64,000 nt of DNA, taken from positions 768 through 64,767 of the forward strand of contig CAUWFE010000005.1 of the NCBI GenBank assembly GCA_963558185.1, written 5' to 3'. Of the stretch, positions 46,947 to 56,108 are shown one piece after another. The notes under the pieces were generated by a model. The model had not been told where the DNA came from. It made no database searches and saw nothing but the letters and a program-made list of their open reading frames with translations. Every line of letters begins with the position of its first letter. Position 1 is the stretch's first letter. The stretch comes from an uncultured Clostridia bacterium (GTDB taxonomy: Bacteria; Bacillota; Clostridia; TANB77; CAG-508). Position numbers and translations under genes: made by a program.

Positions 46947-47472
46947 TTTTGAAAAATGGTTATTAAGAATAGCAATTAGCTTTTTAGAAATAACAATTAT
47001 TTATTGTGTTATTTCAGGTTTTCTAAATACACAAATACAAAATAAAATTGATGAAGTAAATAAAAAACAACAACAAGAACAAACACAAATCTCAAAGGCA
47101 GATAGTGACTTACAAAAGATAAAATCAAAAACAGCAAGTTATACATCAATTATAGAAAATTTAGAAAAATTTGATGCAGCTGAACATGAAAGTCAAATAC
47201 AGAAAGATAAAATACCAGAATTATTAAGTAAAGTTATGTTCGCAATTCCACAAGGTGTTACAATAACATCTATTGAAAATACAACACAAGCAACAACTAA
47301 TAATGAAACAAAAAATCATATTGTAATAAATGCAGAATCTTCAAGATATGATTTTCTAGGATATTTTATTGGAAATATTAAAAATGATCAAATTTTAATA
47401 GATGTAAAAACAACAGATGGAAAAAATGTAAATGGAACAGTTAAAATTGTAATTGAAGGAGATATACCATGA
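46930..47472 (+). CDS. pilN: PilN-like protein, open frame without canonical start codon
   Basis: The frame is open from 46930. It shows a TM helix (LLRIAISFLEITIIYCVISGF), a coiled coil, then IPELLSKVMFAIPQGVTITSIEN (PilN consensus). No ATG/GTG/TTG in frame before 47236. The ORF track shows only 47236..47472. Confidence 0.6.
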   Translation, partial: KGGLDNFEKWLLRIAISFLEITIIYCVISGFLNTQIQNKIDEVNKKQQQEQTQISKADSDLQKIKSKTASYTSIIENLEKFDAAEHESQIQKDKIPELLSKVMFAIPQGVTITSIENTTQATTNNETKNHIVINAESSRYDFLGYFIGNIKNDQILIDVKTTDGKNVNGTVKIVIEGDIP

Positions 47473-48188
47473 AAAAAATATTATTAATGATTCTAATTAT
47501 CTTACTTGCAACTTTAACATATTTTGCAATTGCTGACGGATTAGAAATAGGAACTTTTCAGATACTAAGTGTATCCCAAATTCAAGAAAAGAATGAATCT
47601 TTAGATAAAGGTATTGAAATTTTAAATAATACCATAACTAAAGCTTTTCCACAAAAAATATCAGAAGTAAAAACATCAACTGAAGCTTTGCAAACAGCTA
47701 AAAAGGCATATTTAGATAAAACAACATCTTACACAGATGAGCAAATATTAGCAGCAACACAAGAAGAAAAATATGATATAGAATTTTTATGGACAAGAGT
47801 AGGACAACATGCAACAGAAAAAGGTGTAAACATAAAAATGGATATAGGAAAAGGAGATACAGAAGAAGTAAGAGATTTGAACTTTACAGTGCAAGGTAGT
47901 TATATAGGAATTACTGATTTTATATATGCAGTTGAAGAAGATGAAGACTTAAATTTTAGAGTGAAAAATTTTAAAATGTTACCAGACAAAGGAGAAATTT
48001 TAAAAGCCACTTTTATAGTTAAGAATATTAAAATTTTAGGAAATACATCATCAGCAACGGTAAACACAACAAGTAATGAAAATAATAGTAATAATACTGT
48101 AAACTCAAATACAACAAAACAAAATGAAGCAAATAATATAAGTAGTAATACTACAACTAATAATGTAAGTAATACTACAAGTAATTAA
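47469..48188 (+). CDS. pilO: PilO-like pilus assembly protein with N/T/S-rich tail
   Basis: 239 aa. N-terminal TM, coiled coil, ferredoxin-like core. ATGA overlap with pilN. A 50-aa Asn/Thr/Ser tail. Confidence 0.6.
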   Translation: MKKILLMILIILLATLTYFAIADGLEIGTFQILSVSQIQEKNESLDKGIEILNNTITKAFPQKISEVKTSTEALQTAKKAYLDKTTSYTDEQILAATQEEKYDIEFLWTRVGQHATEKGVNIKMDIGKGDTEEVRDLNFTVQGSYIGITDFIYAVEEDEDLNFRVKNFKMLPDKGEILKATFIVKNIKILGNTSSATVNTTSNENNSNNTVNSNTTKQNEANNISSNTTTNNVSNTTSN

Positions 48189-48207
48189 TATAAAGGAGTT
48201 ATTCTTT

Positions 48208-48603
48208 ATGGGAAAAACAATTTTTAAGGAAGTTATTATAACAATATTATTATTGATTGCGATTGTATTAATTATGATGGTTATATTTTATGATTACAAT
48301 CCAATTAATAAAATTGTTCCTGAAGTAGAACCATACAAAACTTCAGAAGAAATAAAAAATGAATTAGATGCACAAGATGGAAATTTTCAACTAGAAACAA
48401 TAGAAAAAACATATTCACTTGATAGTGCGGATTTAAGTAAATATAAAAATAGCGATTTGTATGTTCAAGGAAAGGCAAATCCATTTGCAAGTAGCAATAC
48501 TGTTACAAATAATCAAGTAAATAATAGTACTATTACAAATAAAGTTACAAATACTAATTCAAATTCAACAGGAACATTTTTCAACAACACAGGAACAAAA
48601 TAA
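48208..48603 (+). CDS. Membrane-anchored pilus-cluster protein with N/T-rich tail
   Basis: 131 aa. Single TM (VIITILLLIAIVLIMMVIF) and a C-terminal NNQVNNSTITNKVTNTNSNSTG tail. SD aaggag. Confidence 0.55.
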   Translation: MGKTIFKEVIITILLLIAIVLIMMVIFYDYNPINKIVPEVEPYKTSEEIKNELDAQDGNFQLETIEKTYSLDSADLSKYKNSDLYVQGKANPFASSNTVTNNQVNNSTITNKVTNTNSNSTGTFFNNTGTK

Positions 48604-48664
48604 AATATCGGTTATATTTATAAAATAAATATATACAAAAAATACTAATAAGGAGGAGTTTTTT

Positions 48665-48880
48665 ATGTTAAAAGGACAAAAAGGTGTTACATTAATCGCT
48701 TTAGTAGTTACAATTGTAATCTTAATCATTTTAGCAGCAGTAAGTATGACAATGGTATTAGGCGAAAATGGAATATTTGATCAAGCAAAAAAAGGTGCAA
48801 ATTCACAAGCTGCTGCAGAAACTAACACAGCTGCTGGATTCAATACTTTATATGATCAAATGGAAGATTTACAAAAATAA
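48665..48880 (+). CDS. Minimal type IV pilin-like protein (candidate major pilin)
   Basis: 71 aa. Leader MLKGQKG|VTLIALVVTIVILIIL. Strongest SD in the cluster (aaggagg) and its own attenuator/terminator downstream. Confidence 0.75.
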   Translation: MLKGQKGVTLIALVVTIVILIILAAVSMTMVLGENGIFDQAKKGANSQAAAETNTAAGFNTLYDQMEDLQK

Positions 48881-48907
48881 AATAAAATATTATTTTAAAC
48901 TAAATAT

Positions 48908-48958
48908 AGGGGTACCTTGAAATCAATATAACAGATTATTTAGGTAACCCCTTATTTT
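48908..48958 (+). terminator. Hairpin/attenuator after the pilin gene
   Basis: aggggtacc...ggtaacccct imperfect stem followed by a T-rich tract, between the pilin gene and pilD. Confidence 0.5.
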
Positions 48959-48972
48959 AAAAGGAAAAACAG

Positions 48973-49776
48973 ATGGAAACAATAATTTTTTATATTATGA
49001 TTTTTTGCATAGGCACAATGTTTGGAAGTTTTTTTACTTTGGCAGTATATAGATTACCATTACATGAAGATATTACGCATGAGCGTTCTTTCTGCCCAAT
49101 ATGTAATCATAAGCTATCTTTTTGGGATATGATACCAATTTTAAGCTACATATTTTTAGGTGGAAAATGTAGATATTGCAAAAGTAAAATACGACCACGT
49201 TATTTAATTTTAGAAATATGTTCAGGAATAGTATTTTTATTAATGGCTATTTCTATTTGTGCTACACTACCAATAACAATAGATAAATTAGTTTATTTAG
49301 TATTAGCATTATTATACATTGCTGGATTATTCATAATTGCAGGTATAGATAAAGAAAAAGTGCAAATTCATATGGGAGTATTATTTTATGAAATGATAGT
49401 AGTTGCCATGTATATGATGTATCTATACATATTATCGAATGTTAATGTTTATAGATATGTTATATATTTATTCTTTTTATGTGTTTTACTAATATTAGAA
49501 ACATGTTATTTAAGAAAAAATTTAAAAAGTAATTATACACTACAAATATTAATGATTTCTTTATTAATGATTGCTTTTGCAGGTAGATGGCAATTTATAT
49601 TAACAGTAATATTAACTTTATTATCAATAGCAATAGATAAAGCAATAGAAAAAATATGCGGTAGAGGACAAAATAGTACAAAAGAAAAATCACATAAAAT
49701 ACCAGTTGCATATTTTATGTGTGTATGTCATATTGTGGTTTTAATTATAATGAATTTTATAATTTGTAGGTGGTAG
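48973..49776 (+). CDS. pilD: Prepilin peptidase-like protein (A24 family)
   Basis: 267 aa. N-terminal FGSFFTLAVYRLP and two Cys pairs CPICNHKL..CRYCKSKI. Polytopic membrane protein. The canonical GxGD(V/I)K motif was not seen. Confidence 0.75.
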   Translation: METIIFYIMIFCIGTMFGSFFTLAVYRLPLHEDITHERSFCPICNHKLSFWDMIPILSYIFLGGKCRYCKSKIRPRYLILEICSGIVFLLMAISICATLPITIDKLVYLVLALLYIAGLFIIAGIDKEKVQIHMGVLFYEMIVVAMYMMYLYILSNVNVYRYVIYLFFLCVLLILETCYLRKNLKSNYTLQILMISLLMIAFAGRWQFILTVILTLLSIAIDKAIEKICGRGQNSTKEKSHKIPVAYFMCVCHIVVLIIMNFIICRW

Positions 49777-49779
49777 AAA

Positions 49780-50190
49780 ATGAAAAAAATTAAAAGGAAT
49801 GAAGGTTTTTCTCTGGCAGATTTAGCAATTGCTATTATAGTAATTTCTATATTTACAGGAGTAATAGCAAGTTTATATATACAAATATCATATAATACAG
49901 CAATAACTAGAATGCAGAGTGTAGCATATAACTATGCTATACAAGCATTAGAATTAGCAGATAAATTAGATTATAGCAAAGTTGATAATTCATTAAATAA
50001 TTCACTTCATCAAACGTTAAACTTAAAAGAAGGCTTTGATATAAATATGGATGTAGAAAAATATGCAAGCTCTAATAGTGGGAAAAAAGATATAATAAAA
50101 ACAGTTAATGTTACAGTAAGTTATAATTTAAAAAATGAAAATTTTACAATTAATTTGGCTAAATTAAAGATAAGAGAACCAGAAAAATAG
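49780..50190 (+). CDS. Minor pilin / pseudopilin
   Basis: 136 aa. Leader MKKIKRNEG|FSLADLAIAIIVISIF. Confidence 0.7.
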   Translation: MKKIKRNEGFSLADLAIAIIVISIFTGVIASLYIQISYNTAITRMQSVAYNYAIQALELADKLDYSKVDNSLNNSLHQTLNLKEGFDINMDVEKYASSNSGKKDIIKTVNVTVSYNLKNENFTINLAKLKIREPEK

Positions 50191-50209
50191 TAAATGGAAA
50201 GGGAAAAAG

Positions 50210-50650
50210 ATGCTAAAAAATAATCGAGGAGTTACTTTATTATCATTAATTATATATATTTTAGTGTTAACAATTGTATTATCAGTACTTACTACAATAG
50301 TAACTAATTTTGACAGAAATAAAGAGTTTCTTAAAGACCAAGGAAAATATATTGGTGAACTGGATAAATTTGCATTATACTTTATTCGTGATGTAAAAAG
50401 CAACTCTTATGCTAATATAACTGCAAATCAAGTAGTTTTTAGTAATGGAGCCGTGTACAGATATGAAAAAAATGAAAAAAGTATTTATAAAGATAAAGTA
50501 AAAATTGCACATAATATAGAATATTGCAATTTTGTAAAAAAAGAAATTAAATCTGGAAATATTACTAAAATTATAATAAATGTTGATATTATTCCAACTG
50601 GTTATGATATAAATAGAAGAACAACAGATTATGTGTTAAAATATTGGTAA
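50210..50650 (+). CDS. Minor pilin / pseudopilin
   Basis: 146 aa. Leader MLKNNRG|VTLLSLIIYILVL. Confidence 0.65.
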   Translation: MLKNNRGVTLLSLIIYILVLTIVLSVLTTIVTNFDRNKEFLKDQGKYIGELDKFALYFIRDVKSNSYANITANQVVFSNGAVYRYEKNEKSIYKDKVKIAHNIEYCNFVKKEIKSGNITKIIINVDIIPTGYDINRRTTDYVLKYW

Positions 50651-50694
50651 TTGTTGTAATATTACTATTTACGATAGTAAAGAAAGGAGTTTTT

Positions 50695-52320
50695 ATGGCT
50701 AAACAAACACAACCAATAGGTATAGAATTGGCAAAAAGAAATTTGGTAACAGAAGACGATATAAATCGTGCATTGGAGTACCAAAAAAAATATCCTAATA
50801 AAAAGTTAGGAGATATATTAAATATATTACAAATATGTGATTCTAAAAAACTTATTACAGCTATAGGTGAAATTTTAGATGAAAAAACAATTTTATTAGA
50901 AACTGAAGATATAAAAATAAATGTTTCAGAGTATATTTCACCAGATATAGTAAGAGAAAATAAAGCAATACCTTTTGAAGTATCAAATGGAAAAGTTAAA
51001 GTATGTTTTGCTGATACATCAAATAAACGTGCAGTAGATACAATAAGACTATTGTTATTAAATAAAGGTCTTGTTATGGAAAAATACATTACATTTGAAA
51101 CAAATATAGATAGGGTATTGAATTCATTAGGTGGTTCATCACAAACAAATATAGATAATAGTAATGATATTACAGGACTAGTAGATAGTATTATAAAAAC
51201 AGCAATAGAAAAAAGAGCAAGTGATATTCATATAGAGCCATTAGAGGACCAAGTACGAATACGTTTCAGAATAGATGGAATATTAGTTACAGAAGCTATG
51301 CTAAGTAATGAAAAACAAAGTCAAATTATAGGTAGGTTAAAAGCAATTTCTAATATGCATCAAGAAAAACAAATATCACAGGATGGTAGAATTTTGCTAT
51401 ATCCAGACTATAATATCCGTGTATCTTCACAGAAAAATGTATATGGAGAAAAATTTGTTTTAAGACTTTTAAAGAAAAATGCAGGTATTAAACAAATATT
51501 TGATTTAGGATTTCCAAAAGATGAAAAACTACTAAAAGATTGTTTTAATAAAAGAAATAGTATAGCAATTATAGCAGCACCAACAGGAGAAGGTAAAACT
51601 ACGACTTTATACAGTGTAATTGACTATTTAAATAAGCCAGAAATAAATATTACAACAATAGAAGACCCAGTGGAAATTCGTATTCCAGGATTAAATCAAA
51701 TAGAAATAGATTCTAAAACAAGTTTTGCAGATTCATTAAGAACAGTATTAAGACAAGATCCAGATATAGTATTAGTAGGAGAAATTAGAGATAATGAAAC
51801 CGCAGAAATAGCAATGCAATCTGGACAAACAGGACACTTTGTATTATCAACAATACACACAATAGATAGTGTAGAAGTTATTACAAGATTAAGAAAAATG
51901 GGAATTTCAAATTATGATATATCTAGCACATTAGCAACATCAATTTCTCAAAGATTAGTAAGGAAAGTTTGCAAACGCTGTGCAATAGAAAGAGAATTTA
52001 ATGATTTTGAAAAGGAAAAAATGCAACAAATAGCACAATATTATGGAAAGACGATTGATTTTACAAATAAAAAAACATATGATATAGTCGGATGTAAAGA
52101 ATGTAATTATACTGGATTTTATGATAGAATAGCAGTATTTGAAATATTATTAATAACAGAAAAAATCCGCGAAATGATTGTAAATAATGAGTCTAGTATT
52201 GAAATACGTAAACAAGCTTTAAAAGAAGGCTTTAATCCTATAGTAATGGATGGAATAAATAAAGTATTAGAGGGATATACAACACTAGATGAATTAAATC
52301 AAAAATTAGTTATTTATTAA
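50695..52320 (+). CDS. pilB: Type IV pilus assembly ATPase PilB (GspE family)
   Basis: Start MAKQTQ with SD aaaggag; the ORF track starts at 50644. Walker A APTGEGKTT, Asp box, Walker B DPDIVLVGEIRD, His box, tetracysteine CKRC...CKEC. Confidence 0.92.
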   Translation: MAKQTQPIGIELAKRNLVTEDDINRALEYQKKYPNKKLGDILNILQICDSKKLITAIGEILDEKTILLETEDIKINVSEYISPDIVRENKAIPFEVSNGKVKVCFADTSNKRAVDTIRLLLLNKGLVMEKYITFETNIDRVLNSLGGSSQTNIDNSNDITGLVDSIIKTAIEKRASDIHIEPLEDQVRIRFRIDGILVTEAMLSNEKQSQIIGRLKAISNMHQEKQISQDGRILLYPDYNIRVSSQKNVYGEKFVLRLLKKNAGIKQIFDLGFPKDEKLLKDCFNKRNSIAIIAAPTGEGKTTTLYSVIDYLNKPEINITTIEDPVEIRIPGLNQIEIDSKTSFADSLRTVLRQDPDIVLVGEIRDNETAEIAMQSGQTGHFVLSTIHTIDSVEVITRLRKMGISNYDISSTLATSISQRLVRKVCKRCAIEREFNDFEKEKMQQIAQYYGKTIDFTNKKTYDIVGCKECNYTGFYDRIAVFEILLITEKIREMIVNNESSIEIRKQALKEGFNPIVMDGINKVLEGYTTLDELNQKLVIY

Positions 52321-52335
52321 GAAAGGAGTATACAC

Positions 52336-53472
52336 GTGATAAATATAGATGAAATTTTGAAATTAGCAAAACAAAAAGATGCATCAGATGTACACTTAAT
52401 TTCTGGAATAAAGCCCATGTTAAGAATTGCAAGAGATCTAATTGAAATAGAAGAAATGGATATCTTAGAAGAAGAAGACATGTATCAAGCATATGACTAT
52501 TTTGTAAGAGGAAATTTGGATGAAGATGAGGTATTTAAAGAAACAAGAAAATTAGATGCTTCTTTTGAATTTGAAGATATTAGATTAAGAGTAAATATTT
52601 CTTATTCAGATAATGTGCCAATTTTTACATTAAGATTAGTAAAAAAAGATTTACCAAAATATGAAGATTTAGGAGTACCAGATATAGTTAGAAGAATGAC
52701 TTATCAACCTCAAGGGTTAATTTTAGTTACAGGAAAAACAAACTCAGGAAAAACCACAACATTAAATGCATTAATTAATGAAATAAATGAAAAACAAAAT
52801 AAAAAGATATTAACACTAGAAAACCCAATAGAATATAAACATAAATGCAAAAAATCTGTAATAGTACAAAAAGAAATAGGAAGAGGGCGTGATAGTTTAT
52901 GCTTCAGTGATGGTGTAAAAAACTCATTAAGAGAAGACTGCGACATAGTAGTAGTAGGGGAAATTAGAGATAGAGAAACAATGGAAGCAGCTATAGAAAC
53001 AGCAGAATCAGGACATTTAGTAATAGGAACACTTCATACAAAGTCATGTGCTGAAACAATAGATAGAATGATAAACTTTTATGATATTTCAGATCAACAG
53101 AGTGTTAAATATTTAATTGCATCATTACTAAAACTAGTAATATCACAAAGGTTATTAAAAGGAAGAAATGGTAAATTAGTATTAGTACCAGAAGTTATGG
53201 TAGTAGATAATATAATAGCTGGAATTATAAGAAAACAAAAAATAAGTGTATCTGAAATTGAAGATGCAATACAAAGTAATTTAGAAAAAGGTAGTATAGG
53301 ATTAATAAATTCTTTAGCAGAATTATTTGTAAATGACCAAATTACTTTAGAACAAGCAAAATCACAAATAGAAGAAAAGAATTTAGAAATATTAAACAGA
53401 ACTATTATGCAACTAAAGATAAAAAAGGAAAATGGAAATAAGAATATTATGAATGGATATATGCACAATTAG
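52336..53472 (+). CDS. pilT: Twitching-motility retraction ATPase PilT
   Basis: 378 aa. ASDVHL, GKTNSGKTTT Walker A, DIVVVGEIRD, GHLVIGTLHT. GTG start with SD aaaggag. Confidence 0.9.
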   Translation: MINIDEILKLAKQKDASDVHLISGIKPMLRIARDLIEIEEMDILEEEDMYQAYDYFVRGNLDEDEVFKETRKLDASFEFEDIRLRVNISYSDNVPIFTLRLVKKDLPKYEDLGVPDIVRRMTYQPQGLILVTGKTNSGKTTTLNALINEINEKQNKKILTLENPIEYKHKCKKSVIVQKEIGRGRDSLCFSDGVKNSLREDCDIVVVGEIRDRETMEAAIETAESGHLVIGTLHTKSCAETIDRMINFYDISDQQSVKYLIASLLKLVISQRLLKGRNGKLVLVPEVMVVDNIIAGIIRKQKISVSEIEDAIQSNLEKGSIGLINSLAELFVNDQITLEQAKSQIEEKNLEILNRTIMQLKIKKENGNKNIMNGYMHN

Positions 53473-53483
53473 GAGGTAAAAAG

Positions 53484-54836
53484 ATGCCAGAATATGTATA
53501 TAGAGCAGTAACCGATAAAGGGCAAATTGTTCGTAATCGTGTAGAAGAAGCTAGTAAACAAGCTTTAATTAAAAAATTGAAAAAGAATGATTTAATGCCA
53601 ATTGACGTTAAACAAGCATCATATGCTGCTAAAAAACAAAAAAAAGCAAGAAGAAATAGCATAGATATAGATGAAATTATGAAAACAGCTAGTACATCTA
53701 ATTTATTAAATAAAAATATGAAAAAAGAAATTAGCTTTTCAGAAAAAATGAATGCAACTCTTTCAGGGACAGAAAAAATTACAAGTAGAGATTTAGTTAT
53801 ATTTACACAAAATTTTTATTTACTAAAAAAAGCAAATTTCAATAATATTCATGCTCTAAATACTATTATAGATAGTACAGAAAATTTGTCTTTAAAAGGG
53901 GTTTTACAAGATATTTTAGCAGGTGTCGAAGCTGGTGAATATATGTATACTACAATGGAATACTATTCTAACATTTTTCCATATATATATGTTAATATGA
54001 TTAAAGTTGGAGAATTATCAGGTTCACTAACAACTTCTTTAGAGCAAGCTGTTAAATACTTAGATGACAATAATGCTATTCTTAAAAAAGTAAAAAGAGC
54101 AATTATTCCAAATATTTTACAATTTATCGCTATTTTTGCATTACTAATTGCAGGAACATTTTTGGCAGTTCCAGCCATTCAAGGTTTATACGAGCAAGTA
54201 GGAAGTACAGATGAATTACCAGGACCTACAATATGGTTCTTCAATTTAGCTACAGCAGTATTCCAAGTATGGTATATACCAGTAGGATTAATAGCAATAA
54301 TTGCAGCACTTATTATTTATTATATAAATACACCAAAAGGAAGATATAACTTTGATTATTTTAAATATAGAATGCCAATTTTTGGCTCATTGATATTCTC
54401 GATGGATTTTGAAAGATTTATAAAAGCTATGTCTTTAAACTTAGATAATGGAATGAGAATTCAAGATTCATTGGAAGTTAGTAAAAATGTTGTAAAAAAT
54501 TACGTGTTTTTATCTATGGTAGAAACTTCTATAAATAACATACTAATTGGTGGATCATGGATAGAACCTTTTGAAAAATCAGGATTAGCATCATCAATGA
54601 TGACAGAAATGTTAAAAATAGGTATGCAAACAGACCTTTCTGAAATGATGAAGAAATTAGTAGAATATATGAGAATGGATATTGATAATATTCTTACTAA
54701 AATAATGAAAGTATTACCAGAAATTTCATATTCTATAGTAGGAGTGGTATTAATATTCTTTGTAATAGTAGTACTTGTTCCATGTTTACAAGTATACATG
54801 GGAGGTTTCTTATTATCAGCAGGAGGAGTAGTATAG
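53484..54836 (+). CDS. pilC: Type IV pilus platform protein PilC (GspF family)
   Basis: 450 aa. Two GspF-type repeats and three TM segments. Confidence 0.88.
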   Translation: MPEYVYRAVTDKGQIVRNRVEEASKQALIKKLKKNDLMPIDVKQASYAAKKQKKARRNSIDIDEIMKTASTSNLLNKNMKKEISFSEKMNATLSGTEKITSRDLVIFTQNFYLLKKANFNNIHALNTIIDSTENLSLKGVLQDILAGVEAGEYMYTTMEYYSNIFPYIYVNMIKVGELSGSLTTSLEQAVKYLDDNNAILKKVKRAIIPNILQFIAIFALLIAGTFLAVPAIQGLYEQVGSTDELPGPTIWFFNLATAVFQVWYIPVGLIAIIAALIIYYINTPKGRYNFDYFKYRMPIFGSLIFSMDFERFIKAMSLNLDNGMRIQDSLEVSKNVVKNYVFLSMVETSINNILIGGSWIEPFEKSGLASSMMTEMLKIGMQTDLSEMMKKLVEYMRMDIDNILTKIMKVLPEISYSIVGVVLIFFVIVVLVPCLQVYMGGFLLSAGGVV

Positions 54837-54862
54837 AAATAGCAAGAAAAGAGGAATAAATA

Positions 54863-55777
54863 TTGCAAATAGGAATAGATATAGGAGGAAGTCACATAGG
54901 GGCAGGCTTAGTAAATGAAAATGGAAAAATTATAATAAAAAAAGAATGCAATTTATGTGATGATTTTAAAGATAAAGAAAATAGAAAACAAGAAATAAGG
55001 GATATTGTGATATCCCTTATTCGCAATATATTACAAGAAGTGGGAGCACCAAAATGTGTAATAAAAAAAATAGGCATTGCATGTCCTGGTAAAATAAAAA
55101 ATGGGGTAGCATATGATTTATATAATTTAAATTTAAAATCTTTAGAATTGAAAAGTGAATTAGAAGAATATTATAAAACTAATGTTACAATTCACAATGA
55201 TGCAAAGTGTGCAGGCATTGCAGAAAAAAAATATGGGTCATTACAAAAATATGAAGACTGCGTATTTCTATGTTTAGGAACTGGAATTGGAGGAGCTACT
55301 TTTCTTAATAATGAAATGCTAATTCCAGAAAAGAATGAAGGTTTTGAATATGGACATATGATTATTGAAAAAGCTGGCAGACAATGTAGATGTGGAAACT
55401 GTGGATGTTTTGAGAAATATGCATCAATGAGTGCATTTAAACAAGGTTTTATAAGTGAAGTATTAGAAAATAAAGAAGAATATATGTTTTTTACTTCTGA
55501 ACAAATATTAAGTTATATATTAGAAAATAGAAATGAACCTAAAATTCAAAATTATATAGATGAATATATAGATAATTTGATATTAGGAATTTGTAATATT
55601 TGTAAAGTAATGGAACCACAAGCAATTAGCTTAGGAGGAAGCTTTGTACATTTTCATAAAGTATTATATACAAGGCTAATTGAAAAATTAAATGAGCATA
55701 ATTATAAATTTGATGTACCAGATATTGTACTTGCAACATTAGGAAATGATGCAGGGATAATAGGGGCAGTGTGTTAA
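54863..55777 (+). CDS. ROK-family sugar kinase (glucokinase-like)
   Basis: 304 aa. IGIDIGGSHIG, LGTGIGGA, CxCGxxGC zinc motif (CRCGNCGCFE). TTG start. The stop codon lies inside MITE copy D. Confidence 0.85.
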   Translation: MQIGIDIGGSHIGAGLVNENGKIIIKKECNLCDDFKDKENRKQEIRDIVISLIRNILQEVGAPKCVIKKIGIACPGKIKNGVAYDLYNLNLKSLELKSELEEYYKTNVTIHNDAKCAGIAEKKYGSLQKYEDCVFLCLGTGIGGATFLNNEMLIPEKNEGFEYGHMIIEKAGRQCRCGNCGCFEKYASMSAFKQGFISEVLENKEEYMFFTSEQILSYILENRNEPKIQNYIDEYIDNLILGICNICKVMEPQAISLGGSFVHFHKVLYTRLIEKLNEHNYKFDVPDIVLATLGNDAGIIGAVC

Positions 55778-56022
55778 TAGATAATAGTTTTGTAAATTAA
55801 TGCAAGGAATGCCTTGAAATATATGTTTTTCATAACATTCATTAGGTTTATTACAAAATTTAAGAAATTCTAATTTATTTTATGGCACCCTTCCACTAAA
55901 GTGAACTCTTTCCATAAAATTACACAGAATTTCTAAAATTTCTCCATAAACATTCGTCATTTTATTCAAAACATATATTTCAAGGCATTCTAGCAAAAAA
56001 ATAAAAAAACTTATACAGTAAC
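55773..56022 (+). mobile_element. MITE-like element, copy D (full length, 250 bp)
   Basis: Collinear with copy B. Termini gttaatag...acagtaac. Flanking 8-mers are ggcagtgt / cacagtgt (6/8 identical). Confidence 0.8.
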
Positions 56023-56108
56023 CACAGTGTTATAATAAATGTATAAAATATAGCAAATTTTACTAATTTATGCTATACTAATGTAAAATTAGTAAATAGT
56101 GGAGGAAA

